From Minisyncoccota bacterium (lineage in GTDB: Bacteria; Patescibacteriota; Minisyncoccia; Phycocordibacterales; UBA918), in contig JALHRC010000002.1 in NCBI GenBank assembly GCA_022841645.1, forward strand, positions 36,846 to 100,845: a stretch of DNA of 64,000 nucleotides, in the 5' to 3' direction. Both the position numbers and the translations under genes were made by a program. Positions 10,419 to 20,404 of the stretch are shown in pieces (position 1 is the stretch's first letter; the number at the start of each line of letters is the position of its first letter). The notes under the pieces are model-generated. The model searched no databases and was not told where the DNA came from. It was given only the letters and a program-made list of their open reading frames with translations.

Positions 10419-10967
10419 ATGCCCCGTGGACATCTAATTACTATTGGAGTACTGCTTAGTATTGTTATCTGTGCGGGCTTTTTGACCTGGTGGTGGTATG
10501 CCGCCGAACAAGCCGCTGAGCGGAGTGTCGTCGATGATGTCTTGTGGGGTGAATCAGTTGCTCATGTCTATACTGATATTGAGGGAAGAGAGGTTGACCT
10601 TCAATTGTATGAAAACCAAATCGTTATCGCTACCGTATGGGCCAGCTGGTGCCCACAGTGCGCTGGTGAGCTTCAATTACTCGATCGAGTCGCAAAAGAG
10701 CAGGGAGATGGCCAGGTGGTCGTCTTGGCCCTTAACCGTCACGAGCCAAAAGAACAGGCGCAGCGTTTCCTTGCTACACTCCCAGCACTTTCGCACACGA
10801 CCCTAATCCTTGATCAGGAGGACCACTACTTTAAGGCTGTACAGGGATACGCTATGCCCGAAACCATTTTTTACAACGCTGCCGGTGAAATTGTCTTTCA
10901 CAAGCGAGGTAACTTAACTGAGGATGAAGCCAAGAATGCTTTGATGAGTGCTCGGAGCGCACCGTAG
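10419..10967 (+). CDS. TlpA/ResA-family thioredoxin-like disulfide reductase
   Basis: WASWCPQC active site; MPETIF; N-terminal TM. Confidence 0.88.
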   Translation: MPRGHLITIGVLLSIVICAGFLTWWWYAAEQAAERSVVDDVLWGESVAHVYTDIEGREVDLQLYENQIVIATVWASWCPQCAGELQLLDRVAKEQGDGQVVVLALNRHEPKEQAQRFLATLPALSHTTLILDQEDHYFKAVQGYAMPETIFYNAAGEIVFHKRGNLTEDEAKNALMSARSAP

Positions 10968-11005
10968 CTCCCGCCCGCCGTGAGGTAGGGAAGGATGGAA
11001 AGCAC

Positions 11006-11034
11006 TTGCAATCGTATAGCATATATGCTATACT
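11006..11034 (+). promoter_or_regulatory. Sigma70-type promoter overlapped by a perfect 20-bp palindrome (11014-11033)
   Basis: TTGCAA-17 nt-TATACT; GTATAGCATATATGCTATAC is a perfect palindrome. Confidence 0.6.
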
Positions 11035-11138
11035 AGTAGTAGTATAGTTCGCTCGCAAAGAAGGTGGCGCGACCCGGCATCATTACATGCGCTCATGTCA
11101 TCGTCAGACATGAGTTTCGGATCGCAACCACCACTTCT

Positions 11139-11294
11139 ATGCGCAGCGCAATTGGGTTCTTGATCATTCTATGGGGGCTTGCACACTTTTTTTCAACCGC
11201 ATTCTCGCAGCTTGAGACCACTGCCACGTCAGCGCTGCAAACAATTGCAGTGGCGGCCGAAGTCTCGCGCGAAGCCATGCTTGAAACCAAGTAG
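11139..11294 (+). CDS. Small membrane/secreted protein (51 aa) behind a structured leader
   Basis: MRSAIGFLIILWGLAHFFS hydrophobic N-terminus; promoter upstream and hairpin downstream. Confidence 0.55.
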   Translation: MRSAIGFLIILWGLAHFFSTAFSQLETTATSALQTIAVAAEVSREAMLETK

Positions 11295-11309
11295 CCCTCC
11301 TATCCACCC

Positions 11310-11331
11310 GACCACTGCATCAGCAGTGGTC
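11310..11331 (+). terminator. Intrinsic terminator-like hairpin
   Basis: GACCACTGC-ATCA-GCAGTGGTC followed by TTGTT. Confidence 0.55.
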
Positions 11332-11369
11332 TTGTTGCCTATGGAGGTGTTACTATAGGTGAACGTTGT

Positions 11370-12434
11370 ATGCCCAACCTTCGACAGGTCATTGAGTATG
11401 TGTTCTTCTTCGCACTCCTTCTAGCCGCCGGCTACATGGTGTGGCTGATAGTCGCACCATTTTTCTCAGCCTTGGCCCTCGCGCTTATTATAGTGATTAT
11501 TTGCTATCCACTCTACGAGCGTATTTTAAAAGTTACCCCACGCCAAAATCGTACACTGGCTTCACTTCTCACAACTCTGCTAGTGATCGTGGTCGTAGTT
11601 TTGCCGATTACACTTATTTCCTCCACGCTGGTGCGAGAAGCGGTCACCTTTTACCAAAGTATCGGTACGGGTGAAGATCTTGCCATTGAGCAGTACGCTA
11701 GTGACTTTGAGATGATGGTGCAGCGTTACATTCCTGAGTTTGAGCTCAATATTACTGACCAGCTCCGCCAAAGCGCTGCCTGGCTTACCCGCAATCTTGG
11801 TGCTATCTTTGCCGGCACGGTTTCGACACTCTTTGTCTTTTTCATTGCGCTCATAGGCTCTTTCTATTTCTTCCGAGACGGACGGGAGTTTGTAAAACTG
11901 CTCATAAAAATCAGCCCGCTCCCCGAGCAAGAAGACAGTGTTATCATGGCTCGGCTTGTGCAGGCAGTACGCTCGGTGGTGACCGGCACAGTTTTGATTG
12001 CGCTCATCCAGGGCACTTTGGCTGCGATTGGATTTACGATTTTTGGAGTGCCACAGGCAGTCCTGTGGGGTTCGTTGGCTGCCGTTGGTGCCCTCATTCC
12101 TGGCATTGGCACAACCGTGGTTATAGTCCCGGCAATGGTGTACCTTTTTGCAACTGGTGAGCCTGGTAGCGCAATTGGCCTTCTTATCTGGGGTGCAGTG
12201 GTAGTGGGCACCATCGATAATTTTCTCGGCCCTTATCTCATGAGTCGTGGCAACAAACTTCATCCATTCATAACGCTCATATCTGTCCTTGGAGGTATGG
12301 CGCTGTTTGGGCCCATTGGCTTTATCATCGGCCCTGTCATCATGGTGCTGTTTATGGTGCTTCTTGAAATCTATCACCAGTATGTAGTAAGAAGTGAGCG
12401 ACCACTGGTTGGCCTCGATGATATGCCCTCTTAA
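11370..12434 (+). CDS. AI-2E (PerM) family transporter
   Basis: Multi-TM; FYFFRDG, IDNFLGPYL and GGMALFGPIGFIIGP motifs. Confidence 0.9.
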   Translation: MPNLRQVIEYVFFFALLLAAGYMVWLIVAPFFSALALALIIVIICYPLYERILKVTPRQNRTLASLLTTLLVIVVVVLPITLISSTLVREAVTFYQSIGTGEDLAIEQYASDFEMMVQRYIPEFELNITDQLRQSAAWLTRNLGAIFAGTVSTLFVFFIALIGSFYFFRDGREFVKLLIKISPLPEQEDSVIMARLVQAVRSVVTGTVLIALIQGTLAAIGFTIFGVPQAVLWGSLAAVGALIPGIGTTVVIVPAMVYLFATGEPGSAIGLLIWGAVVVGTIDNFLGPYLMSRGNKLHPFITLISVLGGMALFGPIGFIIGPVIMVLFMVLLEIYHQYVVRSERPLVGLDDMPS

Positions 12435-12442
12435 GCGCTTTT

Positions 12443-12877
12443 ATGTTTGATCGAAAGCACATCGAACGACTCCTCGCAATCAATGGGGTTTTACCAACTG
12501 CATCCGACGACGAGATCAGAGAGGCTTTATTTGGTGCGCATTACCGTGAAGATGAGGCGACGTTGGCTCTCGCGGTACTTCGTGAGTCAAGCGTAGTATC
12601 ACAAAAAAGTGACGGTGCTGAAAAACTTGTGCACACTGACGGCGTACTTAATCCAAAGGAAATTTCGGCGCTACTTGGGATTGATGTGAGTGTTAAGCCT
12701 CTCAGTCGCCCAGACACACGTCGCGAGCAGGTTAGTCTGAGCAGTGCTCATCACTTGGTGATCTGGCTTTTAGCCATCGCAGCATCCCTTACGGGTGTAG
12801 TGCTTGCTATGTACTTGCTTGAGTTTGGCATTTTTCACCCTACAACAGCTGGGTTTATGTATGAGTGGGGAGACTGA
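12443..12877 (+). CDS. Hypothetical protein with C-terminal TM
   Basis: 144-aa ORF in operon context; hydrophobic C-terminus. Confidence 0.65.
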   Translation: MFDRKHIERLLAINGVLPTASDDEIREALFGAHYREDEATLALAVLRESSVVSQKSDGAEKLVHTDGVLNPKEISALLGIDVSVKPLSRPDTRREQVSLSSAHHLVIWLLAIAASLTGVVLAMYLLEFGIFHPTTAGFMYEWGD

Positions 12878-13964
12878 GTGCGTGCGGTACCTGCGCCCAC
12901 TTGCACTGTTGTGCGCCTTTCTCTCGGCTGGTGCTCTCTGGTCGTACACGAGCACGGTGTATTCGCCCGTGGCGCCATTATTGCTAGCGCCGTCTGTGAC
13001 AGAGCCACATGCGATGGCTGAAGTTACGGGAACAACTACGCTGTGGTTTTTGGGCGACGTAATGCTCTCACGACAAGTTGGTCGTTTCGCTCGTGAGCGC
13101 TCTCCTGATTATCCATGGCAGCGCATCAATGGAACTTTTGCCGAGGCGTATGTAATTGCTAATTTCGAATCCTGCCTTTCAAAAACGCAAACGTTCTCGA
13201 ACGAAGCACAGCTGCGCTTTCCGGTTGACCCAAGTTTAGTGTCGAGTATACAGCGCGCTGGTGTGACGCACGTCTCGCTCGCCAACAACCACAGTCTCGA
13301 TTGTGGACCGGCTGATTATCAATACACAAAAGCAGCTATGGCCAGTTCTGGAATAGTCGCCTTTGGTCATGGTGTCCGTACCGACAGTGAAAGTGTTACC
13401 TATATTGAAATAGGGACGTCCACCGTTGCCCTTATCGGCATACACACGCTATTTGTCTCTCCTGATCTTTCTAGCTTGCGCACGCTACTTACACAAACAG
13501 ACTTGAAAAGTGACTTTCAGATTGTCTACATACATTGGGGCAATGAGTATGAACTTGTAAGCAGTCGCGCCCAGCAGACGCTGGCTACCGAGCTAGTAGC
13601 TGCCGGCGCCGATCTCATAGTTGGCCACCATCCACACGTCGTACAGGAAATTGGACTGATTAACGGTGTGCCAGTTGTGTACTCACTTGGCAACTTTATT
13701 TTCGACCAATACTTTAGCGTGGAAGTGCAACGCGGACTCATGCTAAAGCTCGAGTGGTTACCCACCCCCACACTATCCCTTCACCCCATCACCAGTGCTG
13801 ACTCGCGCACCCAACCGCGCTCTATGACCGCAGATGAAAGAGTAGAATTTTTGAAGAGTGTAGCATTGCGTAGCGATCCAATGCTACGTAGCTACGTGGC
13901 GGTCGGCGTGCTACCGCTTCATCTACTTGCAACATCCTCAAAAAGCGCTATTATTGTGCAATAA
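12861..13964 (+). CDS. CapA (PGA_cap) family metallophosphoesterase
   Basis: GDVMLSR, ANFES, SLANNHSLD, IHWGNEY, GHHPHV and YSLGNFIFDQ motifs; exact start uncertain. Confidence 0.88.
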   Translation: MSGETECVRYLRPLALLCAFLSAGALWSYTSTVYSPVAPLLLAPSVTEPHAMAEVTGTTTLWFLGDVMLSRQVGRFARERSPDYPWQRINGTFAEAYVIANFESCLSKTQTFSNEAQLRFPVDPSLVSSIQRAGVTHVSLANNHSLDCGPADYQYTKAAMASSGIVAFGHGVRTDSESVTYIEIGTSTVALIGIHTLFVSPDLSSLRTLLTQTDLKSDFQIVYIHWGNEYELVSSRAQQTLATELVAAGADLIVGHHPHVVQEIGLINGVPVVYSLGNFIFDQYFSVEVQRGLMLKLEWLPTPTLSLHPITSADSRTQPRSMTADERVEFLKSVALRSDPMLRSYVAVGVLPLHLLATSSKSAIIVQ

Positions 13965-13974
13965 AAATGGTCAT

Positions 13975-14514
13975 ATGGTAAGTAAATTCGAAGCAATCGG
14001 GCTGGGGGCGAGCGTTATCTTAATGGCAGTAGCGCTGTACCTTTTGCGTGTGGAAACGACTATTTTGGGGGTAGCCACTTCAGGTGAGCAAACAGCAGCG
14101 GCACTGAGCACTGTGGTTGTAGAGGGCGATGGTACTACTGGCACAGCGCGTGTTGATGCACTGATGGATGCTGTCGACTCTCAAGGTCGTGTCACTCGCC
14201 TTGTTGTGGAAGACATCACTCCGGGCACTGGTGCTGAGGCAAAAGTAGGCGACACGCTTCTCGTGCACTATATTGGCACTCTTCAAGATGGCACGGAGTT
14301 TGATAATTCGCAGAAGCGGGGCGCTCCCTTTGCCGTCACTCTCGGTGAGGGTCGCGTCATCGCTGGTTGGGAACAGGGTCTTCTTGGTATGAAAGCTGGT
14401 GGACAGCGCATTTTGGTGATTCCAGCGTCGCTTGGCTACGGCGAGCGCGCCATGGGTCCTATCCCACCAAACTCCACGTTGGTCTTCTCCATTGAACTTG
14501 TGAGTATTGAGTGA
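13975..14514 (+). CDS. FKBP-type peptidyl-prolyl isomerase with N-terminal anchor
   Basis: VHYIGTLQDGTEFDNS, VIAGWEQG and IPPNSTLVF motifs. Confidence 0.93.
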   Translation: MVSKFEAIGLGASVILMAVALYLLRVETTILGVATSGEQTAAALSTVVVEGDGTTGTARVDALMDAVDSQGRVTRLVVEDITPGTGAEAKVGDTLLVHYIGTLQDGTEFDNSQKRGAPFAVTLGEGRVIAGWEQGLLGMKAGGQRILVIPASLGYGERAMGPIPPNSTLVFSIELVSIE

Positions 14515-15722
14515 TGACTGATCGACCTGTTACATTTGAAACTATAAAGCAAAAGCCCGGGAGTCTCGCCCGGGCTGGTGTTATTCATACCCCGCATGGC
14601 GACATTGAAACACCGGCTTTTGTGGCTGTGGGCACGCGTGGCACTATCAAGTCTTTAAAGCCATCTGACCTAGAAGAGCACGTGGGCATACAAGCAATTA
14701 TTTCGAACACCTACCATCTTTTTCTCCAGCCTGGTCACGAGTTGATCAAGACCGCTGGTGGGATTCATACATTTGCCAACTGGAAGACACCTACGATGAC
14801 CGACTCGGGCGGTTTCCAAGTATTTTCTCTGGGGGCTGCCTTTGGTAAAGGGGTGACTAAGTTTGCCAAAGGTGATCTCGAGGCGACTGAGCAGTATCAC
14901 GGCCTCAATGTCTACACCAAGGAGCTAGCGAGCGTCCATGGCAAGCTCTGCATTGTTGACGAAGATGGGGTAACCTTCACCTCTCACATCGACGGCAGTA
15001 TGCACCGCTTCACCGCCGAGCGCTCGATTGAAATTCAACACGCCATCGGTGCCGATATTATCGTGGCGTTTGATGAATGCACCAGTCCTACGGCCGACTA
15101 TGCCTACCAAAAGGAAGCGATGGACCGTACGCACCGTTGGGCCAAGCGCAGTATCAGCGCTCACCGTCTCAACTATGAGGCGCAAAAGAAGCAAGGGCTC
15201 TACGGTGTCGTGCAGGGAGGGCGACATTTTGACCTTCGCGCGGAAAGCGCCCGCACCTTAGCCGCTATGGACTTTGACGGTTATGGTATTGGCGGTTGTT
15301 TCAGTAAGGATGATCTTGGTGAGGCACTACGCGTAGTGAATGAAAACTTGCCCGAGGATAAACCCCGTCACCTTTTAGGCATTGGCGAACCGGAAGACAT
15401 TATAGAAGGGGTGGCCATGGGCTGCGATACCTTTGACTGCGTTGCGCCGACGCGCCTGGCGCGCACCGGTACTATTTATATCCACACGAGTGAAGGGCCC
15501 AAGAAAATTAGCCTCAAGGGTGAGAAGTATAAATACGACCTCTCACCACTCGATGAATCGCTCAATTGTGAAATCAGCCGCACCACTACCAAGGCCTATC
15601 TCTCGCACCTCTTCCGCAGCCATGAGATGCTCGCGGCGCACCTGGCGTCCATTCACAACCTTCATTTTATTGTTAACTTTACTAAGCGGTTACGCGAAAA
15701 TTTGCTTTCTGGTACACTTTAA
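14511..15722 (+). CDS. tgt: tRNA-guanine(34) transglycosylase
   Basis: TPHGDIETPAF, NTYHL, TDSGGFQVFSL, AFDEC, VQGG, HLLGIG and FDCV motifs. Confidence 0.95.
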   Translation: MMTDRPVTFETIKQKPGSLARAGVIHTPHGDIETPAFVAVGTRGTIKSLKPSDLEEHVGIQAIISNTYHLFLQPGHELIKTAGGIHTFANWKTPTMTDSGGFQVFSLGAAFGKGVTKFAKGDLEATEQYHGLNVYTKELASVHGKLCIVDEDGVTFTSHIDGSMHRFTAERSIEIQHAIGADIIVAFDECTSPTADYAYQKEAMDRTHRWAKRSISAHRLNYEAQKKQGLYGVVQGGRHFDLRAESARTLAAMDFDGYGIGGCFSKDDLGEALRVVNENLPEDKPRHLLGIGEPEDIIEGVAMGCDTFDCVAPTRLARTGTIYIHTSEGPKKISLKGEKYKYDLSPLDESLNCEISRTTTKAYLSHLFRSHEMLAAHLASIHNLHFIVNFTKRLRENLLSGTL

Positions 15723-15758
15723 AGATTCGTAATTGCTGTGCTGCAGGAATCGCTAGTC

Positions 15759-17816
15759 ATGTTTAAAATCTCCACTGAAAAAACACCGGCTGGTGACCAG
15801 CCAAAGGCGATTGAGGCCCTCATAAAGGGTGTTGAAGCTGGACATGTGCACCAGACGCTTTTAGGTGTGACCGGCTCGGGTAAAACTTTTACCGCGGCTA
15901 ATGTCATTCAGCACGTCCAAAAGCCAACGCTCGTGATTGCCCACAATAAAACGCTAGCTGCTCAACTGGCGCAAGAGTACCGCGACTTCTTTCCTGAAAA
16001 TGCTGTGCACTATTTTGTCTCCTACTACGATTACTACCAGCCGGAGGCCTATATGCCGACTTCGGACACCTACATCGAGAAGGAAGCGATGATCAACGAA
16101 GAAATCGATCGTCTTCGTCACGCCTCTACGCAAGCACTGCTTACGCGGCAAGACGTGATCATTGTGGCCTCGGTCTCGTGTATTTACGGTCTTGGTTCAC
16201 CAAAAGAATACATGAAGGTACACCGCAAGATCGAGCGTGGCTACGAAACTACCCGCACTGACATGCTGCGGGTACTGGTTGATATGTACTTTGAACGTAC
16301 GAACGCCGACCTCACCCCTGGCCACTTCCGGGCGGTGGGTAACACGATTGAGATTATGCCTACCAACGAACGCACTATTTATCGCCTTGGCTTTGTGGGT
16401 AACCAAGTCTCTGAGATCACCCGTATCGACGGCATTACGAGGGCCATTATCGACGAGCCAGATGTCTTTTTTCTGTTTCCGGCCAAGCACTTTGTGACGC
16501 CTGAAGACGAACGTAAAGTAGCGATGGCCGATATAAAGCTCGAGCTCGATGAGCAGCTTAAGAAATTTAAAGCAGAAGGGAAGCTTCTCGAGGCCGAACG
16601 GCTACGCCGCCGTACCGAACACGACCTGGCGCTTATCCGCGAGGTGGGGTATTGCAATGGTATCGAAAATTATTCGCGCCATTTTGATCGCCGTCAGCCA
16701 GGTGAGGCACCGTACACGTTGCTGTCCTACTTTCCACACACCAAGGACGGAAAGCCAGACTTTCTCACCATTATCGACGAGTCACACGTCACTATTCCAC
16801 AGATTGGCGGTATGTACGCTGGTGATCGCTCGCGTAAGGATACGCTTGTAGAGCACGGCTTTCGCCTGCCGAGCGCAATCGACAACCGCCCGCTCAATTT
16901 CGCTGAGTTTGAAGAGCGGGTAGGGCAGCGCATTTATACATCAGCCACTCCGGGAAAATACGAATACGCCCAAGCAGAAAAAACTCAGGTGCCCATGGTC
17001 GAGCAAATCATTCGCCCGACCGGGCTTATCGACCCCGAAATCGATATGCGACCCGTCACTGAAAAGGGCACCTACCCGGGACAGATCAAGGATTTTATTG
17101 AAGAGGCAGTAAAGGTAATCAAAGGTGGTGCTCGAGTACTTACCACCACCCTCACCAAAAAAATGGCCGAGGATTTGGCTGAGTTCCTTTCCGAGCGAAA
17201 TATTAAAACCAAGTACATCCACAGCGATGTTGATACTCTCGAGCGCATTGAAATTCTCACCGACTTCCGCAAGGGGGTGTTCGATTGCTTGGTGGGCGTC
17301 AACCTGTTGCGCGAAGGGCTCGATCTCCCCGAAGTGGAACTGGTCGCTATTCTTGATGCCGACAAGGAAGGTTTTTTGCGTAGCCCGACAGCGCTCATCC
17401 AAACTATCGGTCGGGCAGCCCGTAATGTACGTGGGCGCGTGGTGCTGTACGCCGACGAAATGACAGCCGCCCTCACGTACGCAGTGTCAGAAACCAATCG
17501 TCGCCGCTCGCTCCAGCTGGCGTATAACGAGAAGCACGGCATCACCCCCACAACAATTGCTAAGGAAATTAAATCAATTGCTGACCAATTACGCACAGAG
17601 CACGATGAAACAATCGACACGCTCCTTAAGGTTGATATGGCGCTCTTCGAGGAGAATCCAAAGGCAGTAATGGCTGACAAACGTCGGCAAATGGAGGAGG
17701 CGGTAGCAATTTTAGACTTTGAAACCGCCGCTATCATTCGCGATGAGATAAAAGTCCTCGAAGAATCGCAAAAAGGGAAGAAGGGCAGGGGCAAAGTACC
17801 TCGTCGCAAAAAATAA
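15759..17816 (+). CDS. uvrB: Excinuclease ABC subunit B
   Basis: GVTGSGKT, YYDYYQPEAY, IDESH, NLLREGLDLPEV and QTIGRAAR motifs; C-terminal UVR domain. Confidence 0.98.
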   Translation: MFKISTEKTPAGDQPKAIEALIKGVEAGHVHQTLLGVTGSGKTFTAANVIQHVQKPTLVIAHNKTLAAQLAQEYRDFFPENAVHYFVSYYDYYQPEAYMPTSDTYIEKEAMINEEIDRLRHASTQALLTRQDVIIVASVSCIYGLGSPKEYMKVHRKIERGYETTRTDMLRVLVDMYFERTNADLTPGHFRAVGNTIEIMPTNERTIYRLGFVGNQVSEITRIDGITRAIIDEPDVFFLFPAKHFVTPEDERKVAMADIKLELDEQLKKFKAEGKLLEAERLRRRTEHDLALIREVGYCNGIENYSRHFDRRQPGEAPYTLLSYFPHTKDGKPDFLTIIDESHVTIPQIGGMYAGDRSRKDTLVEHGFRLPSAIDNRPLNFAEFEERVGQRIYTSATPGKYEYAQAEKTQVPMVEQIIRPTGLIDPEIDMRPVTEKGTYPGQIKDFIEEAVKVIKGGARVLTTTLTKKMAEDLAEFLSERNIKTKYIHSDVDTLERIEILTDFRKGVFDCLVGVNLLREGLDLPEVELVAILDADKEGFLRSPTALIQTIGRAARNVRGRVVLYADEMTAALTYAVSETNRRRSLQLAYNEKHGITPTTIAKEIKSIADQLRTEHDETIDTLLKVDMALFEENPKAVMADKRRQMEEAVAILDFETAAIIRDEIKVLEESQKGKKGRGKVPRRKK

Positions 17817-17889
17817 GCCGCCACTCTAGGCAAAAGTTATCGACAGCGCGCGACATTTAGGGTCGCGCTTAGAGCTATACTGTACACAA

Positions 17890-20400
17890 ATGGCTGAACG
17901 TCCATCACGCAAATCTGCGCCGCTAGAAACTGTGTCACCCTCACCTTTAGTGACGGGGAAGACTTCCTCACCGGCTCGCAAAAAGGCTGTGCCTCGTTCC
18001 CACAAAGCAGCTCCACCGGCGAAGAAGATTACTCGTGCAAAGCGTCCCGTGAGTAACACGAAGGCTAAGGCACCCAACACTGATGCACAAAAGCGAGCTA
18101 AAATCGCTGAACGAATTGTCGAGCAGATGTTTAGTGGCGGCCCAGTGAATGTTTCCAAGGGCGAAGCCAGAGTAGTACCACCAAAGGAAGAAGCGGCGAT
18201 TGTCACGGTCCCAAGCAACTGGAGTGTTCGTGTACTCGATAAGGCAGCGGCGCTTGAGCAGTGGTACCAGGAACGCTTTCCGCGTTACGCTGCCAAGACG
18301 GCTACCTACGCTGGCCTATTTTTCGTACTAGTAAGCTCGGGCGTCCTAGCTGTCCATGCCGTGCAGGCCTACCCTAGTTGGCAGTCACTGCAATCGGCAG
18401 TTTTGTGTGGCACCCTCAGTTGCGACGAAGTCACTACCGGCAGTCGTGACGGCACTACTACCGCCACCACACCAGTTTCTGCCGATGTAAGCGCTACTAA
18501 GACCGACTCACTACGGAGCCCCGCAGCGAACACCCTCGTGCCACCACCGGTGGTGACATTTCTTACTAATCCCACCTCACCACTCCTTACTGAAACCACG
18601 TTTGTTGTGCGGGCTGAGTATGTCAAGGAATTATCTGTTGTCGCCGAGTCGCGGCGCACCGGCAGTCGCGTTGTTCTACAGCTCGCTGGCGACCCCGCTG
18701 GTTCTGACCACACCTTCATTTTAAATCCCAAGGAACTCTCGCCTGACGAATACGAACTGCGGGCTCGTGGTGTGGCGCAGCGCGACGGGGGGAGACTCCT
18801 AGCTACGGGCGGCCGCTTTGTTATCTCTGCCCGCACCACCGCTGCGTCGGAGAGCGCTACCGAAGCGCCTTCCGACTCTGAGACTGCTGAGGATGAAGAG
18901 GAGAGCGCAGACGAAGAAGAGACAGCAGAAGTTGTCGAAGAAGCGCCCACCTCACCAGCTGCTGAATTTGGCGTACTCTCACTTTCACCGCAGAATGTTG
19001 GTGATGTTGTGACACTTTCACTGCTTTCTCCGAGCACACAGTTTGTTGAGGTCTATGCCCAGCGCCGCAACGCCACCACCCCAACTTTTATTGGTCTGGC
19101 TGAGCGCCGCGAGGACCATCTGTGGCGACTGGCCTTCAAACCCAGCACACAGCCAGCCGGCGAATACGTATTTTTTGCGCGCTACAAGAACACTCGTGGT
19201 CTCCAGGAAAGCAATCGCGTTCCTTACACTGTTCGAGTGAGCGAAGATGCTGCGAGGACTTTAAGTGAGCGTTCCAGTAGTACCGTAGCCACCGTGGCGA
19301 CGAGAGAGGTGATCAACGAGCTGCAGAGGGAAGCCGTACCACTCCCTTCACGGAGCGCCTATTCAGAAGAACTGGAAGTGGCTACTGGCAGCTCAACACC
19401 AACCACTGCTTCCGATGCACCACTGAGTGAACTCTTAAAGGATGATCGGTCAGAACTCGACACACTTTTGCAGCGCTATGCCAGCGCCTTCCAGAGTGGT
19501 GACCCGGTCTTGGGTGAGGTAGCACGCAAGGACTTAGCAACCTTTAAAGAACGAATGGTCCAGCGAGCAGTCGAGAGAAACGACAGCGACGAACACTCAT
19601 CAGCCGACACCGTGGCTGTGGCCATCGAGGGGGAGCTCAAGCGATTGACTGAGAAAGTTGAAACGTTTGAAACACTCTTGCGTGAGCGCAGCAGCGAACA
19701 GGCACGCACCGACACCGATGGTGACGGCATTACCGACTACGATGAAGAAACCCTCTACGGCACCGACCCGCAAAACGCCGACACTGACGGCGACGGCATA
19801 AACGACGGCATTGAAATCATGAGGGGTTATGACCCCCACAGCGCCGCCGCCGAAGCAGTCATGACCTACGAGTCTCCGCGCGATCTTGGCTTTGAGCGTG
19901 CGGACGTTTTGGCTATAGATACTGTTGTTCCCGTGGTTGAAACTGACATTTCTCGTGGTACACCACCAGTGCAAGCAGAGATCCGGGGCCGCGCTCTACC
20001 GAGCAGCTTTGTCACGCTCTTCATCTACAGTACGCCGGTTGTAGTCACCATTCGCACTGAAGCTGACGGAAGCTTCGTCTATCAATTTGATAAGGAACTC
20101 GAAGATGGTTCGCACGAAGTGTATGTCGCAGTCACCGACAACCAAGGTGCCATCATGGCCAAGAGTGCTCCCTTCCGCTTCATAAAGGAGGCCTCAGCCT
20201 TTACCGTAGCCGATGAGGAAGCCAGCGAAGCCCCAGCGGCCACAGCCCCCGCCGGCGAGCCGATCGTTGTCCGCGAAGTCTACAATGTGATTGCCGCCCT
20301 CGGCGTGCTGGCGTTTGGCCTCATCTTACTGATCTTTGGTATGATGCTGCGCCGTACACCACCGACCGTGCCCGAAACTGGTCCCGCCGCTACGCACTAG
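17890..20400 (+). CDS. Large membrane-anchored surface protein with Ig-like domains and Ca-binding (thrombospondin type-3-like) repeats
   Basis: Basic low-complexity N-terminus; TM near aa 140-160; DTDGDGITDYDE and DTDGDGINDGIE; GSHEVYVAVTD Ig-like segment; C-terminal TM. Confidence 0.7.
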   Translation: MAERPSRKSAPLETVSPSPLVTGKTSSPARKKAVPRSHKAAPPAKKITRAKRPVSNTKAKAPNTDAQKRAKIAERIVEQMFSGGPVNVSKGEARVVPPKEEAAIVTVPSNWSVRVLDKAAALEQWYQERFPRYAAKTATYAGLFFVLVSSGVLAVHAVQAYPSWQSLQSAVLCGTLSCDEVTTGSRDGTTTATTPVSADVSATKTDSLRSPAANTLVPPPVVTFLTNPTSPLLTETTFVVRAEYVKELSVVAESRRTGSRVVLQLAGDPAGSDHTFILNPKELSPDEYELRARGVAQRDGGRLLATGGRFVISARTTAASESATEAPSDSETAEDEEESADEEETAEVVEEAPTSPAAEFGVLSLSPQNVGDVVTLSLLSPSTQFVEVYAQRRNATTPTFIGLAERREDHLWRLAFKPSTQPAGEYVFFARYKNTRGLQESNRVPYTVRVSEDAARTLSERSSSTVATVATREVINELQREAVPLPSRSAYSEELEVATGSSTPTTASDAPLSELLKDDRSELDTLLQRYASAFQSGDPVLGEVARKDLATFKERMVQRAVERNDSDEHSSADTVAVAIEGELKRLTEKVETFETLLRERSSEQARTDTDGDGITDYDEETLYGTDPQNADTDGDGINDGIEIMRGYDPHSAAAEAVMTYESPRDLGFERADVLAIDTVVPVVETDISRGTPPVQAEIRGRALPSSFVTLFIYSTPVVVTIRTEADGSFVYQFDKELEDGSHEVYVAVTDNQGAIMAKSAPFRFIKEASAFTVADEEASEAPAATAPAGEPIVVREVYNVIAALGVLAFGLILLIFGMMLRRTPPTVPETGPAATH

Positions 20401-20404
20401 CCGT

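Noticed and set aside
11580-17833. Long antisense ORFs such as 11580..12377 and 17072..17833
   Set aside because: They are shadows of well-supported genes on the opposite strand and have no recognisable motifs.
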